This document shows, piece by piece, positions 62,462 to 64,000 of a DNA stretch of 64,000 bases. The translations under genes were made by a program, and so were the position numbers. Every line of letters begins with the position of its first letter. Positions within the stretch are counted from its first letter, which is position 1. Origin of the DNA: Thermoanaerobaculia bacterium (lineage in GTDB: Bacteria > Acidobacteriota > Thermoanaerobaculia > Gp7-AA8); NCBI GenBank assembly GCA_035468985.1, contig DATISF010000069.1:18059-82058 (forward strand), written 5' to 3'. The notes beneath the pieces were generated by a model. The model ran no database searches and was not told where the DNA came from. It saw only the letters and a program-made list of their open reading frames with translations.

Positions 62462-64000
62462 ATGCACCGAAAATTCTGGATCCCTTTGGCGATAGCTCTA
62501 TGCGCGATCCTGTTCGCCGTCTCGCCGGTTTCCGCACAGGTGTCGCTCGGCAGTGCCCAGAGCTTCGGCGCTCTGGCCGGTTCGACCGTCACCAACACCG
62601 GTGCCACGACCGTCAACGGGAACGTTGGTGTGTCTCCCGGCAGTTCGGTCACCGGATTTCCTCCCGGCGTTGTCGTCGGCGGAGCGATCCATGCCGGTGA
62701 CGCGACTGCTGCCACTGCGCAGTCCGATCTCACCATCGCATACAACGCCGCGGCCGGCACGGCATGCAATGTCGACCTGACCGGCCAGGATCTCGGCGGG
62801 CTGACGCTCACGCCGGGCGTCTACTGCTTCTCGTCGTCGGCGGGCCTGACTGGAACACTGACCCTCAACTTTCAGGGCAACCCCAACGCATTTTTCTTGT
62901 TCAAGATGGGCAGCACGCTGACCACAGCATCTGCCTCGTCGGTTGTACTGACCAATACCGGCGGTGTGACGTGTCCGCCGAATGTGTACTGGCAGGTGGG
63001 GAGTTCCGCGACTCTCGGCACAGGCAGTTCGTTTGCCGGAAACATTCTCGCGCTCACGAGCATCACGATGACCACCGGCACCACATTGAATGGGAGAGCG
63101 TTGGCGCGAACTGGTGCCGTGACGCTGGATACGAACACCGTCACGGCGTGTGCTCCCGCGCTCATCTGCCCTGTCATCACGGTGAATCCGGCCACACTGC
63201 CGAATGGCTCCGTTGGAACAGCCTACGCCGCGACCGTCACCGCGAGCGGCGGCATCGGACCGTACACCTTCGCCGTGACCAGCGGCGCGTTGCCAGCCGG
63301 GCTGGTGCTGAATGCTGCAACGGGTGACATCACCGGGCCGCCGACAACCGCCGGGACCTCCAGTTTCACGATCACCGCGACGGACACGGCCACCGGCTGC
63401 CTCGGCAGCCGGGCCTACACAATCGTGATCGCGAGCGCCGCCGCTTGTCCCGTCATCACACTCAGCCCCGCACCTCTGCCGGCAGGATCGATCGGCATCT
63501 TTTACAACCAGACCATCACCGCCACCGGCGGCGCGGGTGTCCCTGCCTTCACCATCACTGCCGGCGCACTCCCGCCCGGTCTGGCGCTCAACGCCGCAAC
63601 CGGTGCCATCACAGGAATCCCGACTGCCGCTGGCCTCTTCAGTTTCACCATCATGGTCACGCAGACCGGTTGCACTGGATCGCTGCCCTACACCATCACC
63701 ATCGCAGCCGCGGCAGGGCCGCTGTGTGTTAGCCACTGCAATGACGACTCGTGCGACATCGCTGCTGGTAGTGCTCCCGCGGCCACGTTGCTGCTTCCGT
63801 ACTTCGAGGTTGACCTCGGAGCGGCGGGCACTGGCCGTACGACGGTCTTCAGCGTCACCAACGTCAGTCCGTATGCGCAGATCGCTCACGTCACTCTGTG
63901 GACCGACTGGTCATTCCCGGTTCTCGACTTCAACATCTTCCTGACCGGTTATGACGTTCAGCCGATCAACCTTTACGACGTGATCGCGCGCGGCCTCATC
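62462..64000 (+). CDS. Ice-binding-like (DUF3494) family secreted protein fused to putative Ig-like repeats; 3' partial (runs off window)
   Basis: Own translation from ATG 62462: signal peptide MHRKFWIPLAIALCAILFAVSPVSA, then a DUF3494-like block (SLGSAQSFGALAGSTVTNTGATTVNGNVGVSPGSSVTGFPPG...LTPGVYCFSSSAGLTGTLTLNFQGNPNAFFLFKMGSTL...ALTSITMTTGTTLNGRALARTGAVTL), then repeated LPxGxxGxxYxxTxTAxGGxGPYTF putative-Ig units. Open to the end of the window, hence not in the ORF track. Confidence 0.75.
   Translation, partial: MHRKFWIPLAIALCAILFAVSPVSAQVSLGSAQSFGALAGSTVTNTGATTVNGNVGVSPGSSVTGFPPGVVVGGAIHAGDATAATAQSDLTIAYNAAAGTACNVDLTGQDLGGLTLTPGVYCFSSSAGLTGTLTLNFQGNPNAFFLFKMGSTLTTASASSVVLTNTGGVTCPPNVYWQVGSSATLGTGSSFAGNILALTSITMTTGTTLNGRALARTGAVTLDTNTVTACAPALICPVITVNPATLPNGSVGTAYAATVTASGGIGPYTFAVTSGALPAGLVLNAATGDITGPPTTAGTSSFTITATDTATGCLGSRAYTIVIASAAACPVITLSPAPLPAGSIGIFYNQTITATGGAGVPAFTITAGALPPGLALNAATGAITGIPTAAGLFSFTIMVTQTGCTGSLPYTITIAAAAGPLCVSHCNDDSCDIAAGSAPAATLLLPYFEVDLGAAGTGRTTVFSVTNVSPYAQIAHVTLWTDWSFPVLDFNIFLTGYDVQPINLYDVIARGLI

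Noticed and set aside
62498-63889. 463-aa minus-strand ORF, the largest listed ORF at the window end
   Set aside because: It is antisense to the unlisted but well-supported DUF3494/ice-binding-like gene (62462 to end of window) and is Arg/Gly/Asp-rich junk.
1-64000. Looked for CRISPR arrays, transposases/IS elements, integrases and phage genes
   Set aside because: No regularly spaced short repeats and no recombinase-like ORFs were found. The only repeat structures are the 164-bp direct repeats, the 21-bp tandem duplication and the 5887-5981 inverted repeat.

Overview
High-GC (roughly 65-70%) bacterial chromosomal segment with dense coding on both strands. The gene content (many very large secreted beta-propeller proteins, ELWxxDGT/NHL/BNR repeats, an ice-binding-like DUF3494 protein, numerous regulators) suggests a soil Acidobacteria/Gemmatimonadetes-like organism, but that is inference only. 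From 5' to 3' the window holds: an FtsX/MacB-type ABC permease; an IorAB-like molybdo-oxidoreductase pair; an arginase-family gene; MaoC and dienelactone-hydrolase genes. Next is a PAS/GAF sensor kinase plus NtrC-type sigma-54 activator, followed by two receivers, an EAL phosphodiesterase and a complete che operon (cheY-GAF-cheD-cheA-porin-periplasmic protein-mcp-cheW-cheR-cheB) with several ATGA/GTGA translationally coupled junctions. Then come AKR, PAP2 and SRPBCC genes; a secreted thioredoxin-like/TPR gene interrupted by an in-frame TGA exactly at the CxxC cysteine (candidate selenoprotein); a MocR regulator; a wHTH-FHA regulator; an M20 peptidase; a disrupted POT peptide transporter; and a 1565-aa ELWxxDGT-repeat/Calx-beta surface protein. 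A 2.3-kb lower-GC insert (methyltransferase, truncated 2-hydroxyacid dehydrogenase, IMPase) is flanked by 164-bp direct repeats that duplicate the junction of a membrane-protein gene and a TPR lipoprotein gene. Downstream are MBL hydrolase, a frameshifted PAF-AH-like hydrolase, DUF5996-like, YceI/MarR, a CXXCH lipoprotein, UspA and GNAT genes. The window ends with a run of giant secreted proteins (1887-aa NHL-repeat, flotillin-like SPFH, 1056-aa BNR-repeat, and a partial ice-binding-like DUF3494 protein). That last gene runs off the window end and is therefore absent from the supplied ORF track. Several genes show frameshifts at short G/C homopolymer runs, so part of the apparent gene disruption may be sequencing artefact. 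No rRNA, tRNA, CRISPR array, transposase or integrase was recognised.
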